Assembly: GCA_963667175.2 (NCBI GenBank)
Contig: CAXXXF010000015.1
Span: forward strand, 288,001 to 352,000
Length of the DNA: 64,000 bases
Source: Candidatus Latescibacterota bacterium
GTDB taxonomy: Bacteria > Latescibacterota > UBA2968 > GCA-2709665
Reading direction: 5' to 3'
Part shown: piece by piece, positions 17,913 to 26,770 of the stretch
Layout of the letters: each line of letters begins with the position of its first letter
Position numbering within the stretch: position 1 is the stretch's first letter
Made by a program: the position numbers and the translations under genes
The notes under the pieces: model-generated
Told to the model about the DNA's origin: nothing
What the model saw: only the letters and a program-made list of their open reading frames with translations
The model's database searches: none

Positions 17913-19184
17913 CTACGGATCTGCAAACGGGATGGCGACGACGTCGCGGACGTCTGCTGAGTCGGAAAGCACCATCAGCAAACGATCGACGCCGAGGGCG
18001 ATGCCGCCGGCCGGCGGCATGCCGGCTTCGAGGGCGCCCAGAAATTGTTCGTCGATCGGATAAGCCGGACGACCGCTGTCCCGTCGTTGCGCGGCTTCGT
18101 CTTCCAGCCGGGCCCTCTGTTCGGCGGGGTCGTTCAGTTCCGTAAAGGCGTTGGCGAGTTCCACGCCCGATACATAGAGTTCGAACCGCTCCGCGACGTG
18201 GGGCGCATTCTGTTTCAATCTGGCAAGAGCCGCCATCTCCGCGGGATAATCCACGAGGAAGGTTGGGGTTCCCGCGCCGAGGCGTTTTTCCACGGCATCC
18301 AGAAACACCTTGAAATAAGCGAGCTCAAACGCGTCGCCGGGAACGACCGACCGGTGGCCCTTCCGGCGGGCTTCTCGGACGAACGCGTCGGGATTTTCCG
18401 CGGGATCGGCGTACACACCGGCGTACCTTGCAAATGCCTCCCGCACGCTCAGGCGTTGCCACGGGGGGGTGAAGTCGACGGTTCGACCCCGGTACACGAT
18501 GGATGATTTCCCGGTGAGTTCGCGTACCAGGCCGTGCATCAGATTCTCCGTGTCACCCATGATGGTGGTGTAGTCGGCGTAGGCCCTGTACCATTCGAGA
18601 AGCGTGAATTCGGGGCTGTGCATGGGTCCTGGCGGGTCCTGGCGGAACGACTTGCAGATCTGGAAGATGCGTTCGTACCCGGCCGCCAGAAGGCGTTTCA
18701 TCGCGTACTCGGGTGAGGTCGGCAGATAAACCTGTTTCGCGCGCCCGTTCGCGCGGTAGTGGGTTTCGAAGGCGTCCAGATGGGGTTCCATACCCGGGCT
18801 GCGAACGAGCAGCGGCGTCTCGACTTCCAGGAATCCCGCGTTCTCGAAAAAACGCCTGATGTACGACAGAACCCGGGCGCGCATCCACAGGATCCGGGAT
18901 GAGGGTCCTGATTCGGGCGGGCGCAGGGCCGGCGCCAGAACCCGGTGGCTTCGGACCCGAAATGCAGGAGGCCGCCAGAGGCCCCGAACCTCCACCACGT
19001 GTCCCGGCCGAAGATTTTCCTGCGCCGCGAGGGTCACCTCGCCCGACTCGTCAACCAGCCGCGGATTGTCCGCCCCCGTGCCGGCAGCAACCCGACCGGC
19101 CAGAATCGCTTCGTCGCCCGGCGCAAGGTCCGCGACGCGATGGGTACGGGCGCACCCCGCGGGATATGCGTTAGCGTCAGACAT
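17913..19184 (-). CDS. epmA: EF-P lysine aminoacylase (EpmA/GenX) with N-terminal OB-like domain
   Basis: EVETP, YLPTSPEYAMKRLL, HSPEFTLLEWYRA, ERFELY, ELANAF.EL, GIALGVDRL. Confidence 0.88.
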   Translation of the reverse strand: MSDANAYPAGCARTHRVADLAPGDEAILAGRVAAGTGADNPRLVDESGEVTLAAQENLRPGHVVEVRGLWRPPAFRVRSHRVLAPALRPPESGPSSRILWMRARVLSYIRRFFENAGFLEVETPLLVRSPGMEPHLDAFETHYRANGRAKQVYLPTSPEYAMKRLLAAGYERIFQICKSFRQDPPGPMHSPEFTLLEWYRAYADYTTIMGDTENLMHGLVRELTGKSSIVYRGRTVDFTPPWQRLSVREAFARYAGVYADPAENPDAFVREARRKGHRSVVPGDAFELAYFKVFLDAVEKRLGAGTPTFLVDYPAEMAALARLKQNAPHVAERFELYVSGVELANAFTELNDPAEQRARLEDEAAQRRDSGRPAYPIDEQFLGALEAGMPPAGGIALGVDRLLMVLSDSADVRDVVAIPFADP

Positions 19185-19418
19185 TCAAGCACCCATGGCG
19201 CCGGTTGGCGCCCTGTGACGCGTCAACGAATGGTAAATCTGTGCGGAAACGGTCAGTCGGAATATAGGTCAACCGGCGTCCGGGAGCAACAGGCATCCGT
19301 GCGGGACGGAATTCCCGATGGAAAAACTCCTTGCCGACGGTTGTTTTGCCGTGATATATTTCGGGAATACATTTCCTCAGCGAAACTCTTGCCGCGATAT
19401 TGGGAGATACCGTCAGCC

Positions 19419-20000
19419 ATGAATCGTCGAACAACCGCCCGTGCGATTTTCCGTTCGCATGCCTTTTCTGCAATTACAATGCTCCTGCTCTATTGCGTTC
19501 CGGCCTGGGGCGGCTCTTTCAAAGCCGGCGCCGGAATCTTATTCAACAATAATGAACCCGGGGGAGGCGTATCCGTCGACCTGAGCGACGCGGGACCGGG
19601 GCTTTCGCCGTTTGTGGACTATTTCGGCAACTCCGGCTCGCGCGTCGTCGGCGGCGGGCTCAACGTCGTCGCAAAACGCGCCGGGGGCGCGCAGTCGCAA
19701 CTCTATATCGGCGTGGGGGGAGGCATCGCCTCGGTGGAGGTTGAAGAAACGTCGGCCGGTATCACCGGTTCGGCGTCAAAAACACAGGCGATGGCCGACT
19801 TCGTGCTGGGTATCGAGTTCGACTTGCACGAAAACGTCGGGGGGTTCCTTCAGGTGAAGTGGCTTGGGACCTTCGGCGGCGGCAGGGTGGACATTACGGG
19901 TGAGGTTGAGGGACGAACGGTTACGATACCGGACGCGATTGACCTGGATCTCGGAAGCTTCGCCGCCCAGGCCGGGATTTCGATCGGCTTCTGGAAGTGA
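19419..20000 (+). CDS. Outer-membrane beta-barrel protein (OmpA/OmpW-like), paralog 1
   Basis: Signal peptide, alternating beta strands, LYIGVGGG, C-terminal AGISIGF. Confidence 0.75.
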   Translation: MNRRTTARAIFRSHAFSAITMLLLYCVPAWGGSFKAGAGILFNNNEPGGGVSVDLSDAGPGLSPFVDYFGNSGSRVVGGGLNVVAKRAGGAQSQLYIGVGGGIASVEVEETSAGITGSASKTQAMADFVLGIEFDLHENVGGFLQVKWLGTFGGGRVDITGEVEGRTVTIPDAIDLDLGSFAAQAGISIGFWK

Positions 20001-20082
20001 GTGCCGTCGCTGTCGGGGGAAGGCGCAGTCCGCAATGACCTGAAACTGAACTTCCATCCCCACGAAGAGAATCGGTCATTGG

Positions 20083-20123
20083 AAACCGCCGGCTTGTCTC
20101 CAGAGTTTCAGCCGGCGGTTTTT
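20083..20123 (+). terminator. Intrinsic terminator
   Basis: AAACCGCCGGCT...AGCCGGCGGTTTTT. Confidence 0.65.
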
Positions 20124-20227
20124 CGGTTGATTTCCTGCCCTGTTTTGGCGATTATTGTTGAGGTCATCCCCTTCATGCTATCCTGATTTTCCAGAACTCG
20201 ACGCCGCACCAGACCCGGGAGGCTTTA

Positions 20228-20833
20228 ATGCACGCGTTGACGCGCGTTCTCATTGCCATCTCCGTTGCCGCAATGCTTACGACTTCCGCCGCATGGGCGC
20301 AGCACGCGGTCAAGCTGGGCGCAGGCATACACTTTGACGAAGAAACACCCGGTATTGGACTCGCGTACGACGTCAATGCCTCGGAAGGTCTGGTCGCGTT
20401 TTCACCGTTCATCGATTTCTTTACCAAATCCGAAGCCAAGGTGTACGGGGGCGGGTTGAACCTGGTCGTGAAGCGTCCCGTGGGGGAAAAAGGCGTCTTC
20501 TATTTCGGGGGCGGAGGCGGCGTAGGCAGCGTGACGTCCGTGAGGGAATTCGAAATTGAGAGTGAGACGGAGACCACGGCCCCGGCCGATGAGAGGGTGG
20601 AAGCATCAAGAACCCAGGCCATGGTCGACGTGCTGGTCGGCCTGGAATTCGCTACGACCGAGAGAGCATCGGTTTTCCTGCAAGCCAAGTGGATTGGCAT
20701 GTACAGTGGAGATCCCGAAGTCTACACGCTTTCCGACGGCAGAGAAGTCGCACCTGAACTGGACGTGAAGAGTTTCGCGTTCCAGGTTGGCCTGTCCATC
20801 AATATCGGCCAGTCCGAATATGAAGGTTATTAG
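20228..20833 (+). CDS. Outer-membrane beta-barrel protein, paralog 2
   Basis: Signal peptide ending AWA, FSPFIDFF, FYFGGGGG, TQAMVD; similar to paralog 1. Confidence 0.78.
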   Translation: MHALTRVLIAISVAAMLTTSAAWAQHAVKLGAGIHFDEETPGIGLAYDVNASEGLVAFSPFIDFFTKSEAKVYGGGLNLVVKRPVGEKGVFYFGGGGGVGSVTSVREFEIESETETTAPADERVEASRTQAMVDVLVGLEFATTERASVFLQAKWIGMYSGDPEVYTLSDGREVAPELDVKSFAFQVGLSINIGQSEYEGY

Positions 20834-20883
20834 TTACACCCGTCGCGCATGGAATTGCGATGACCGCGCGTATTGGAGGCATA

Positions 20884-21387
20884 ATGAGAATTCGACTGGT
20901 CGCGTTGCTGTCCGGCCTCGCCTTACTGACGGCCGCGCCCGCCGCCGCAAGAGATTTCGCGGTGAATTTCGGGGGCGGCACGCTCTTCGATTCGACTCGG
21001 CCGGGCGGTCATTTTTCGTTCGAGATGTCGCTCAGCGACGAGTATCCCACCCACCTCGCCCCTTTCTTTGAAATCTACAACGATTCGGGCACAAGGATTA
21101 TTCCGGTAGGCGTCTCGCTGCTTTACAAACCGCCCCTGTCGGAATACGGAGGCACGATATATTTCGGCGCCGGCGGCGGCGCATTGCTTATTCGGGGACA
21201 ACCCAGTCCCGGCCTTGCAACGGGAACGGACGGAATGATCACGGTGGCGGGCGGACTGTCGTTCGGCGTGGGTACCCGCGCGGGCGTCTTTGTGCAGGTG
21301 CGCTGGTTCCGATCGTTCGAAGATCAGACCGCGGAGAATGAAATCGGCGTTCAGGCGGGCTTGCGATTCTATCTGTCGGAAGGCTGA
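20884..21387 (+). CDS. Outer-membrane beta-barrel protein, paralog 3
   Basis: Signal peptide, IYFGAGGG, VFVQVRW, QAGLRFYL. Confidence 0.75.
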   Translation: MRIRLVALLSGLALLTAAPAAARDFAVNFGGGTLFDSTRPGGHFSFEMSLSDEYPTHLAPFFEIYNDSGTRIIPVGVSLLYKPPLSEYGGTIYFGAGGGALLIRGQPSPGLATGTDGMITVAGGLSFGVGTRAGVFVQVRWFRSFEDQTAENEIGVQAGLRFYLSEG

Positions 21388-21422
21388 TTACAATACGGCA
21401 AACGGGTGAACCCCGGGAGTTC

Positions 21423-21461
21423 AAAAGCGCCGGAATCCCTCTTCAGGTTGCCGGCGCTTTT
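21423..21461. terminator. Bidirectional terminator between convergent genes
   Basis: AAAAGCGCCGG...CCGGCGCTTTT. Confidence 0.7.
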
Positions 21462-21486
21462 CCTTTGAAGGACCGTCGCGGCGGCG

Positions 21487-22986
21487 TCAACCGCGGTTCC
21501 TGAGCAGATCAACCAGAAGACGCACGCCCACGCCCGTGCCGCCTTTCGGGACGTGCGGCAGGTCCTTTTGCGCCCACGCGGTGCCTGCGATGTCCAGGTG
21601 CGCCCACGGAAACTCCTTCACGAAGGCTTCGATGAACGCCGCGCCCGTGATGGCGCCTCCGGCCCGGCCGCCGGTGTTCTTGACGTCGGCGACGTCGCTC
21701 TTCATCTCCTCCCGGTGGCCGTCCAGAATGGGAAGGCGCCACGCGATCTCGCCCGTTCGTTCTCCCGCGGCGGCAATTTCGGAAGCCAGTGCGTCATCGT
21801 TGGAAAAGAGCCCGCTGGCCTCGTGTCCGAGGGCGATGACGCACGCGCCGGTAAGCGTTGCCAGATCGATGGCGGCCGACGGCTTGTACGCCGCGGCCCA
21901 GGCCACGGCGTCGGCCAGGACCAGGCGGCCTTCGGCGTCCGTGGACCGGATTTCGATGGTTTTTCCGAGCAGGGACCGGATAATGTCGCCCGGCTTGAGC
22001 GCGCGGCTGCCGGGCATGTTTTCCGAGGCGGCCACGAGGCCGATCGTGCGGACCGGCAGATTCAGCCGCGCCACCGCCTGCATCGCGCCGATGACCGCGG
22101 CGGCCCCGCCCATGTCGAATTTCATATCCCACATGCCCTCGGAGCCCTTGATGGAAATACCGCCGGAGTCGAACGTGATGCCCTTGCCGATAAGCACGAC
22201 CGGCGCCCCTTCCGGATCCCCGCCGTCGTGTTCGAGCACGACGAACCTGGGCGGTTGCGCGCTGCCCTGCGCCACGGCCTGGATGGTGCGCATGCCTTCC
22301 TCTGCGATCCGTTCCTCGTCGAATACCTCGCACCGGAGGCCTGTTTCGCGAGCCATCGTTTCCGCGCGATCGGCGAGTATGGCGGGCGTCATCTCGTTTC
22401 CCGGATGACTGCCGAGGTCGCGGGCAAGGCAAACAGCTTCTCCAATGATTCGCCCCGTCTCCGCCCCCGTTTCGATGTGAGCCTGTTTTTCCGCCAGGAA
22501 TTCGACCAGCGTGAGACGTTCGAGTTCACCGCAATCGTCGTCGTCTCCGCTCTTGTACGGTGTGAATCGATACGTGCCCAGAATGGCGCCTTCGACAATG
22601 GCCTGGGCGGCCTCGCGAACGTCCATCCCGCCAACCCCGGCTCCGTGAATGATCGAAGCCAGATGTCCCGCGCCCAGGCTTTGCGCGCGCTTCGCCGAGA
22701 CCGCGGAGACCTGTCGGACCCGGTCGAGGGTGAAGTCCTCGCTCTTGCCCAGACCCACGAGAATGACGCGCGTCGCAGCGACGCCTTCCTGTGGATAAAG
22801 GACGGCCACCTGCTTGAACTTGCCGGTGAAATCCCCGGCGGAAATCAGACGCCGGATCTGACCGTTCAGGGCCCTGTCCGCTGCGCCCGTGGCGCCACCG
22901 GGCTCGGTGACGCCCTCGAAGAGATTCAGCACAATGGCATCCGCGTCGAACGCCGCGACGTTATCAATCGCAACCGATACGTTCAC
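21487..22986 (-). CDS. pepA: Leucyl aminopeptidase (M17)
   Basis: GKGITFDSGG, MKFDMGGAA, TDAEGRL, ATLTGA, HLDIAG; GTG start after GGGAGGT. Confidence 0.95.
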   Translation of the reverse strand: MNVSVAIDNVAAFDADAIVLNLFEGVTEPGGATGAADRALNGQIRRLISAGDFTGKFKQVAVLYPQEGVAATRVILVGLGKSEDFTLDRVRQVSAVSAKRAQSLGAGHLASIIHGAGVGGMDVREAAQAIVEGAILGTYRFTPYKSGDDDDCGELERLTLVEFLAEKQAHIETGAETGRIIGEAVCLARDLGSHPGNEMTPAILADRAETMARETGLRCEVFDEERIAEEGMRTIQAVAQGSAQPPRFVVLEHDGGDPEGAPVVLIGKGITFDSGGISIKGSEGMWDMKFDMGGAAAVIGAMQAVARLNLPVRTIGLVAASENMPGSRALKPGDIIRSLLGKTIEIRSTDAEGRLVLADAVAWAAAYKPSAAIDLATLTGACVIALGHEASGLFSNDDALASEIAAAGERTGEIAWRLPILDGHREEMKSDVADVKNTGGRAGGAITGAAFIEAFVKEFPWAHLDIAGTAWAQKDLPHVPKGGTGVGVRLLVDLLRNRG

Positions 22987-23086
22987 AAGACCTCCCTTAC
23001 GACAAAGGCGCGAGAAAACGAGGAAAACCAAAAGGCACGACAAATGCACGAGAAAACGAGTAACGGCGGTGACGGCGTAACGGGAA

Positions 23087-23725
23087 CTACCATCCGCCCG
23101 AACGTCCCGCAAAAAAAGGATTGGTCGACTTCTCAACGCCCACGGTGGTGAAGGGACCATGGCCGGGATAGACCCTCGTCTCGTCGTCCAGAATCAGGAT
23201 CTTCTCCCGTATCGTTCGGAGCAGAAGGTCCGCGTCACTGCCCGGCAGGTCGGTGCGGCCGATCGAGCCGGCAAACAGGGAATCGCCCACGATCGCGTGC
23301 CCAGGCCATTTGAGGGTGATATTGCCGGGTGCGTGGCCCGGCACGTGGACAATCGCGAAGGTTTCTTCACCCATCCTGACGACGTCGCCCTCTTCGAGAA
23401 ACCGGTCGATGCGCGGCGGCGGCTCCGCGTTCAGGCCGACCGATCCGGCGATCTCAACGAGGTTTTCGACCCTGAGACGGTCGGCCGGATGGATCGCGAA
23501 GGGGGCGCCGGTTTCGCGGACGGCGGAGGACGCGTGCGCGATGTGGTCGTAATGCCCGTGGGTGGCGATGACTTCCACGATTCGAATGTCGTCTTCATGG
23601 ACGAGTTTCATGACGTCCGGTATGTTGTCGCCCGGATCCACAATGATGCCTTCGAGGGTCTTTTCACAGGCCAGAATGAAGCAGTTCACCTGCAGGGGTC
23701 CGACGACGATCGATTTGAAAATCAA
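23087..23725 (-). CDS. MBL-fold metallo-hydrolase (glyoxalase II-like)
   Basis: THGHYDH, PGHAPG, GDSLF, PGHG. Confidence 0.93.
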   Translation of the reverse strand: MIFKSIVVGPLQVNCFILACEKTLEGIIVDPGDNIPDVMKLVHEDDIRIVEVIATHGHYDHIAHASSAVRETGAPFAIHPADRLRVENLVEIAGSVGLNAEPPPRIDRFLEEGDVVRMGEETFAIVHVPGHAPGNITLKWPGHAIVGDSLFAGSIGRTDLPGSDADLLLRTIREKILILDDETRVYPGHGPFTTVGVEKSTNPFFAGRSGGW

Positions 23726-23882
23726 GAAACACTCCTCCTGGGCAGGCGATAAAAGCGGCGAGACGTGAGACGGTAGATGACGTCATTGCCCGAATGGCTA
23801 TTCCTTTATGCCACCGGCAACAGATGTAACCGCATGAGGCAATCACATCATCTCACGTCGAACGTCTACCGTCTCCCCGCTT

Positions 23883-25208
23883 CTATGCCAAGCCTTCCTC
23901 CCCCGCGTGGATGGACGCGAGCACCCACGGATCCCGGGTCTCGACCCGGAACGCCTTGACCTTCCGCCGCATCGCCTCCGCGATATCCGCAACCTCCGGA
24001 TTGTGAATCAGATTGGTCGACTCCGCCGGATCGGCTTCAACGTCGAACAACGCTTCCGCATCCTGATGCAGGAATCGTTCCGTGGGGCGCCGCCCCATCA
24101 TCCCGATCCCCTCCGACAGGACCGCCTGCCACGTCGGGGACGCCCACAGATCGCCCGGTATCGGCGTGGTCAACTCGGGGTACAGGTTGCGCACGTATTT
24201 GTACTTTCTCCCCCTCAACACGCGATAAGGATAATAGTTCGTCACCTCGTGGAACGAATGCGAAAAGAACGTCTCGTCCCATCCTTCCGGATGCGTCTCG
24301 TCCAGAATCGGAATCAGCGAGCGCTCTGGAAGCCCGACCGGCGGTTTCACGCCACACCACTCCAGGACCGTGGGCGCGATATTGCACCAGTTCACCAGCG
24401 CGTCGCACCGGACGGACGGCGCGTCCGGCCGCACCAGGATCAACGGACAGCGATGGCCGGAGTCGAACGACGATCCCTTGGCGCCGGGAAACGGCATCCC
24501 GTGGTCGCTCATCACCACAATCAACGTATCCTTCGCCCGGCCGGCGGCCTCGAGCGCATCCACCGCCATCCCGATCCCCTGATCCAGCCTGGATATGGAC
24601 TGGTAATACTCCGCGAGTTCCCGCCGCACGGCGGGGTGGTCGGGCAGGAAATCGGGCGCCACGACCTCGTCCGGCGAATAATGCGCCTCCTCCACCCCCG
24701 GATAGGTCCCCTGATTTCCGAAATCGCGATGCGGATCTCCGAATCCCATATGCAGATAGAAGGGTCTGTCGCCAGTCTGCGCGAGAAACTCCCCGGCCCG
24801 TCCGGCCATCTCGGCCACGTTCCGCGTACCGCCGTGGACCCGTTCGGCGTTGTGCGTCCACGGATAGACCTCTTCGGGTTGCACGTGCAGCTTGCCCACA
24901 ATCCCGGTGGCAAATCCCGCAGATCCGAGGGCGCCGGGGATGGAGGGCATGGACAGGTGGGTATGAAAATTGTGGATCCCATGCGTATGCCCGTACTGCC
25001 CGTGGGTATGGCTGTAATGCCCCGTCAACACACACGCCCTGCTGGCCGCGCAAGACGGCGTCGTACAGAAGGCCTCGCCAAACACCGTTCCACGGGACGC
25101 CAGCGCATCCACGTTCGGGGTCCTGATCACCGGATTCCCGTAACATCCGGCAATCGGGCTCCAGTCGTCGGCAATCAACAGGAGCACGCTGCGATGTTCT
25201 GTCGCCAT
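23883..25208 (-). CDS. Sulfatase (N-sulfoglucosamine sulfohydrolase-like)
   Basis: IADD, CAASR formylglycine motif, DPHR, SDHG, AKG. Confidence 0.9.
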   Translation of the reverse strand: MATEHRSVLLLIADDWSPIAGCYGNPVIRTPNVDALASRGTVFGEAFCTTPSCAASRACVLTGHYSHTHGQYGHTHGIHNFHTHLSMPSIPGALGSAGFATGIVGKLHVQPEEVYPWTHNAERVHGGTRNVAEMAGRAGEFLAQTGDRPFYLHMGFGDPHRDFGNQGTYPGVEEAHYSPDEVVAPDFLPDHPAVRRELAEYYQSISRLDQGIGMAVDALEAAGRAKDTLIVVMSDHGMPFPGAKGSSFDSGHRCPLILVRPDAPSVRCDALVNWCNIAPTVLEWCGVKPPVGLPERSLIPILDETHPEGWDETFFSHSFHEVTNYYPYRVLRGRKYKYVRNLYPELTTPIPGDLWASPTWQAVLSEGIGMMGRRPTERFLHQDAEALFDVEADPAESTNLIHNPEVADIAEAMRRKVKAFRVETRDPWVLASIHAGEEGLA

Positions 25209-25248
25209 GACGCTCCCTCTTCGAGCTCCACAAGGGTGAATCGGCTTG

Positions 25249-25713
25249 TCAGGCCGGACGGGATCTCTTATCTTGGAAGCCTGCGGCGCGAACGGGGATC
25301 CCCAGCATCCTGCGTTTCAACGCCGCGTTTTCCCCGTGCCTGATCTTCCATAGCAAATAAACCATCAGCAAAATGCCGGCGCCGTCATACATCACGTCGG
25401 TCCAGGTTCCCAGGCGCTCCGGAACGGAATTCTGATGGATCTCATCGGTCACGGCGTAACAGGCGGAAAGCGCCGCGCTCCATGCCAGACATGGACTGAA
25501 TCGCCGCCTTTCCGTCCAGACTGACCGCAGCCAGAGATAGGTCAGAATCGCATATTCGGTCAGATGAGCGAGCTTGCGAACCGCGTAGTTCAAGACGCCG
25601 AAATAGATCTCCGTCGCATCCGCGGACATCCCGAAAGCCATCCATCTGCTCGACGTCAGAAAGATCAGTCCCATCCAACCCGCCAGCGCGATTCGCCACC
25701 GTATGACCGTCAA
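25249..25713 (-). CDS. VanZ family membrane protein
   Basis: VRKLAHLTEYAIL, YAVTDEIHQ..VP.R; TTG start after GAGG; the longer ORF runs through a MITE. Confidence 0.85.
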   Translation of the reverse strand: MTVIRWRIALAGWMGLIFLTSSRWMAFGMSADATEIYFGVLNYAVRKLAHLTEYAILTYLWLRSVWTERRRFSPCLAWSAALSACYAVTDEIHQNSVPERLGTWTDVMYDGAGILLMVYLLWKIRHGENAALKRRMLGIPVRAAGFQDKRSRPA

Positions 25714-25762
25714 TCCAACCTCGATTCGCCTATGGCCAGTGCGCCAGTTGAATTGGCCTCTA

Positions 25763-25982
25763 ACAGACCGTTGAAAAAGTCGCTCTGCAGGCGAGGTCGA
25801 GTCATTGTGGCCGAAGACAAGGCGCGCCTGTCTGCGTGCGGACACGCACAGGCAGGCGACCGACGCGAATCCCTGGATTCGGGGAGGGAGTGCAACGCAG
25901 GTATTCGGCCACAAGGGCCGGACGCCTGTCTGCGTGCGAACGCACAGGCAGGCAGCCCGGATGGACTTTATCAACGGGCTGC
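25763..25982. mobile_element. MITE copy 2, carrying two mini-hairpin inserts
   Basis: ACAGACCGTTGAAAAA...TTTATCAACGGGCTGC, TA flanks; inserts at 25827-25856 and 25925-25952 are absent from copy 1. Confidence 0.85.
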
Positions 25983-26073
25983 TAAGATCGCCTTTTGACA
26001 GAATCGCGTCAAGCACAAACGCGGCCGCAACGGGATTTCGCGGGCCCGGCGCCATCCATCAGGAGTCTCCTCG

Positions 26074-26748
26074 ATGCAAGCCTATCAGCGGGAATTCATC
26101 GACTTCCTCGTTGAGACCCGCGCCCTCCGCTTCGGCGAATTCACGCTGAAGAGCGGGAGAAAGTCACCCTATTTCTTCAACGCGGGGCAATTCAACACCG
26201 GTACGGAAATCGAGCGCCTCGGCTATTACTATGCCTGCGCCATCCGCGAGTTGGACGCAGCGCCCACACTCGTCTTCGGGCCGGCATATAAAGGCATTCC
26301 CCTCTGCATCGCCGCGGTCATCGCGCTCCGGCAGCGGTTCGACGTCGATACCTGCTATGGCTTTGACCGCAAGGAGATCAAGGAACACGGCGAGGGGGGC
26401 TGGCTCGTAGGCAAGGAACCCGATGACCGGGACCGCGTCGTGCTGGTTGACGACGTCGTGACCGACGGCGCCACGAAAATCAGCATGATCGACAGACTGA
26501 AGGCAGCCTGCAGCGCCCGGCTGTCGGGCCTGGTCATCGCTCTGGACCGCAAAGAGAATAATCCCGACGGGGAGGACGCCGTCGCGGCCCTGCAGTCCGT
26601 CACGGGCGTACCGGTGCGATCCATTGTCACCATCCATGACGTCCTGGAATACCTGCCCGGCCGCTGCATCAACGGCCGGGTCGCGCTCACCGCCCCCCTG
26701 AAGAGACAGATCGAGACTTATCTCGACGAATACGGGATCCCCGTGTAA
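26074..26748 (+). CDS. pyrE: Orotate phosphoribosyltransferase
   Basis: FTLKSGRKSPYFFN, GPAYKGIP, RKE.K.HGEGG, VDDVVTDG. Confidence 0.96.
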   Translation: MQAYQREFIDFLVETRALRFGEFTLKSGRKSPYFFNAGQFNTGTEIERLGYYYACAIRELDAAPTLVFGPAYKGIPLCIAAVIALRQRFDVDTCYGFDRKEIKEHGEGGWLVGKEPDDRDRVVLVDDVVTDGATKISMIDRLKAACSARLSGLVIALDRKENNPDGEDAVAALQSVTGVPVRSIVTIHDVLEYLPGRCINGRVALTAPLKRQIETYLDEYGIPV

Positions 26749-26770
26749 CGAGACCCTTCGATTCCGACGC

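Noticed and set aside
16440-17960. 506-aa plus-strand ORF
   Set aside because: It runs through intergenic repeats and antisense to the SDR gene.
25714-26055. N-terminal extension of VanZ
   Set aside because: It is translated MITE and mini-hairpin sequence; a TTG start with RBS exists at 25713.
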